Below are positions 61,304 through 64,000 of a stretch of DNA of 64,000 nucleotides, one piece after another. The number at the start of each line of letters is the position of its first letter. Position 1 is the stretch's first letter. Made by a program: the position numbers and the translations under genes. The DNA comes from Azolla caroliniana (lineage: Eukaryota > Plantae > Polypodiophyta), in the NCBI GenBank assembly GCA_043228905.1, contig JBHGNT010000006.1, positions 14,446,001 to 14,510,000 of the forward strand. Reading direction: 5' to 3'. The notes under the pieces are model-generated. The model saw only the letters and a list, made by a program, of their open reading frames with translations, searched no databases and was not told where the DNA came from.

Positions 61304-61932
61304 AGGAGAAAAAGGGAGCCGAGTCAACTTAAGAAGTTAGCACATCCGATAAAGTCGGAACGAGTGGCGACGACGGTAGTGTCAAGAAGGACAGAGCCGA
61401 CGGGAAGAAGAAGGACAAGACCTAGACATGGTCTAAAGATTGAGGTCAAATTGGAGACATCTAGTTCAGACAAGATCAACTCAAGGCCAAGTGGACAAGA
61501 AGGCAGCAAAAGTCGACACCGACATGGAGGAACCGGCGGGTCGAGAAGCATCAAATTCACAATAGCGAAGGAGCTGAGATGGGCCTCTTGAACAGACAAG
61601 CCGACTGAGAAGGTCTAGGTGCTCAGAACTGGACGGGTCGTGGGAAATGGAACTGGACAGGTTTAGGAGCACGAGCAAGACGAGAAGAGGCCAGGAGAAA
61701 CTGACTGCAAGGATCAACAAAGACTAACACTGAGAACCGATCTCAAGTTGAGCTTGAGGAGGAGTGTTGAGGGGACAAGCTCAACCTGATCCACACTCCA
61801 AGACTACTAGGTAGTTATCCTAGGAGTTAGTGTCAGTAGCTGAGTTCGAGCATTGAAGTACTTGTTAGTAGTTTTGTTAGTATTTTTAAAGACTTGGATA
61901 AAAGTGCTCAGTAAGCACATTCTATGTGTAGA
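61304..61932 (+). mobile_element. 3' tail, PPT and truncated 3' LTR (from 61765) of a divergent copia A relative
   Basis: GTTGAGCTTGAGGAGGAG|TGTTGAGGGGACAAGCTCAAC; GGAGTTAGTGT..GAGCATTGAAGTAC..ATAAAAGTG as in family A LTRs. Confidence 0.8.
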
Positions 61933-62399
61933 ATGTTTTTAACATCGGGTCATTTGAAACAAGTAATATGTCGCAATTTAAGAACAGTCCGTCCAAAAAA
62001 GACACAAAGTAGGTCATTTCACAAAAAGGACCATCACATGCGCAAAGGTTTTTGGAAATTGAATCAAAATATATTAATTTATAACATGTCCAAAATTTTA
62101 CAGCTTTCAAAATATGCCCCTAATAATCGACACGTGAAGTTTACAAGAGAACGTACAAAAATTACAAAATGACTAACATGTATATTTATACATATTTGTG
62201 AATCGCCATATTCATATCCATCACTTCCCAAAGATACACCTTCCCCTTCAGACCCACCCAATGAACTAGAAGAGCTTTATGAGGTCTCATCCTCATCATC
62301 ACTAGCAACCAATGCATTGTCTTCATCCAATTACAATCCAACGTCACTGTGATTATGAGACATACTCCTGGTTCATATATGTAATTCGTCAACAGGCAC

Positions 62400-64000
62400 A
62401 TCTAGGACCTTCTCTTTTATTATCTTGATTGTAGTCTATCTTTGATGACATGTTTTGGTCAATGAGAAGTCATACATGAGTATGTCGACATTATCAAGTG
62501 TTAGAGTAGATGTGCTGGGTAGATTCTTTCTTGTCCGCTTTCTTCTTGTGCCTCCGACATCCTTAACTATCTGTAAAGAGTACTTCCTAGTAAATGTATC
62601 TTTGGAAGAGGTGTGATACCAATGAACCACAATGGATTGAACTTGATTTCCTTCATCATCCTTAATAATTTCAATTATTTTAGCGATCCAAAAGGGATGG
62701 GCCAACTTATCACCCCCAACTAATGTTGCAACGAGCATACCAACTTGCAACTCATGTAGATTGTCTTGCCATCTCGCCTCACCAACATGCGATAATGTTG
62801 GTCCCACGTAAATATCATACTTGTTGTGGATGAACTAGATTATCCAATTCAAGATTATCTAGTGGTTGTAAACTAGTCGTGCTCTCCATTGATGGGCCAC
62901 CAATATTCCATTCGAATTGATTTTATAGTGGCCATACTCCCACAAAGTAGTTATCTAATATTGTACGTTGATCATTAAAGAAGTTATTCCACCATTCCAC
63001 ATCCTGATCACCAGCGTACTTTTTGGTTCGCTCAATATTTTTGTGTTTTCCCTCAAGGCACTGTTGCATCCAATATATCTTTTGCTCTTCAATTGAACTA
63101 TTAGTAGCCAATCTTTTGTGGCCATCATAGGGCATTTGTTCTACACCATAGATTACTGCATCTGGGAAATGCAATAAGAGCTTACGTCCGTCTTGTGGCT
63201 CCCATTGCGAACTAGATGAGTATTGTTTGACATACAACATCATCTGGTTGTGACGGACCACACTTTTGTTGATGAGGAAGACATGGTTAAAACTTATATT
63301 ATTAAGCTTAGCAAGAACCCTACATCGAGTCCCATGACCATTCACATATAATCGTTTAAAATCATAAACTTCATCTAAATGTTGTACATCTGGCTTTGGG
63401 GTATAAACTTCAGTGATCAACTTTGACAGCATAAGAAGTGTGAAAGCATCACATTGATAGCATAGGAAGCGGGAGTAAATCTTGTCAAGTCTGCAAAACT
63501 CTTTGCATCACTGTTATTGTAAGATTAGGGTCATTGTGGATATTTGGATAAGTTAGGAACACTTGAGGCCTTATTTTCTGACAATATAGAAGACAACTTA
63601 CTAAGTGCATCTGCATTAGCCATTCATCTCCAATATCCTTGGGAAACCTTCTAAAGTGTGGCAAACAAGTTTTCTTCTGATCCATCCCATCTATAATCAG
63701 GCACATATACCTTTCTGGTGATTGAAGTGCTTTTTAACGATGGTGCATAACTTTAGATCTTTCCAATGCTTAACTTTCTCGATGTTCTTTTAATAAATTC
63801 TTATAGTTGTTTATTTCTTCACCTGTTGTGCCACTCTTTGCCATGCTTTTTAAGCTTGCACATACAGAGCAAACACCCATCCGGACCTTGCAGGGTATGA
63901 CCACATTGTTCAACTACAATCTCCATAATCGATTAAAATGCCGATATTGTATGTAAGGTACACTTTCTAATAGCATCCTTATAAGCTTGGTACACCTCAC
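62400..64000 (-). pseudogene. Degenerate DNA transposase-like gene (Sola-like / DUF7869-type); runs off the right edge
   Basis: Upstream GVCSVC motif, CLIIDGMDQKKTCLP, HNDPNLTITV, DAFTL, VYDFK, and a C-terminal VGMLVA..PFWIAKI..VHWY module; family assignment from motif recall only. Confidence 0.55.

Noticed and set aside
60549-61332. ORFs of 69-153 aa as genes
   Set aside because: By-products of a GC-rich 162-bp (54-codon) tandem repeat within an LTR.

Overview
Eukaryotic DNA from a land plant, most likely a non-seed plant such as a fern (inferred from the retroelement lineages, not proven). A 10-11 kb island of two convergent intron-containing genes, a GT8 xylan glucuronosyltransferase (GUX/PGSIP, + strand, 16325-20044) and a DEK-domain chromatin protein (- strand, 21611-26568), sits among nested and deleted LTR retrotransposons (several Ty1/copia and Ty3/gypsy families). 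A degenerate Sola-like/DUF7869-type DNA transposase runs off the right edge. One copia element is structurally complete (51305-56987, 395-bp LTRs, ATGGG TSD). The most information-rich object is a fungal-type (Tcn1-like) chromovirus at 9446-14634. It shows a tRNA-independent self-priming site, a G_UUA_AAC -1 frameshift site with a downstream stem/pseudoknot, a heat-shock-element array next to the TATA box, and an antisense tRNA-derived segment at the start of U3. Other notable points: an in-frame charged C-terminal extension of copia Pol, a conserved hairpin enclosing the PPT, a Trp-primed gypsy with an RY-box promoter and a 162-bp repeat expansion inside its LTR, a hairpin-repeat array, and templated-insertion deletion junctions. 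All coordinates were counted by hand and TE clade names need confirmation by profile search.
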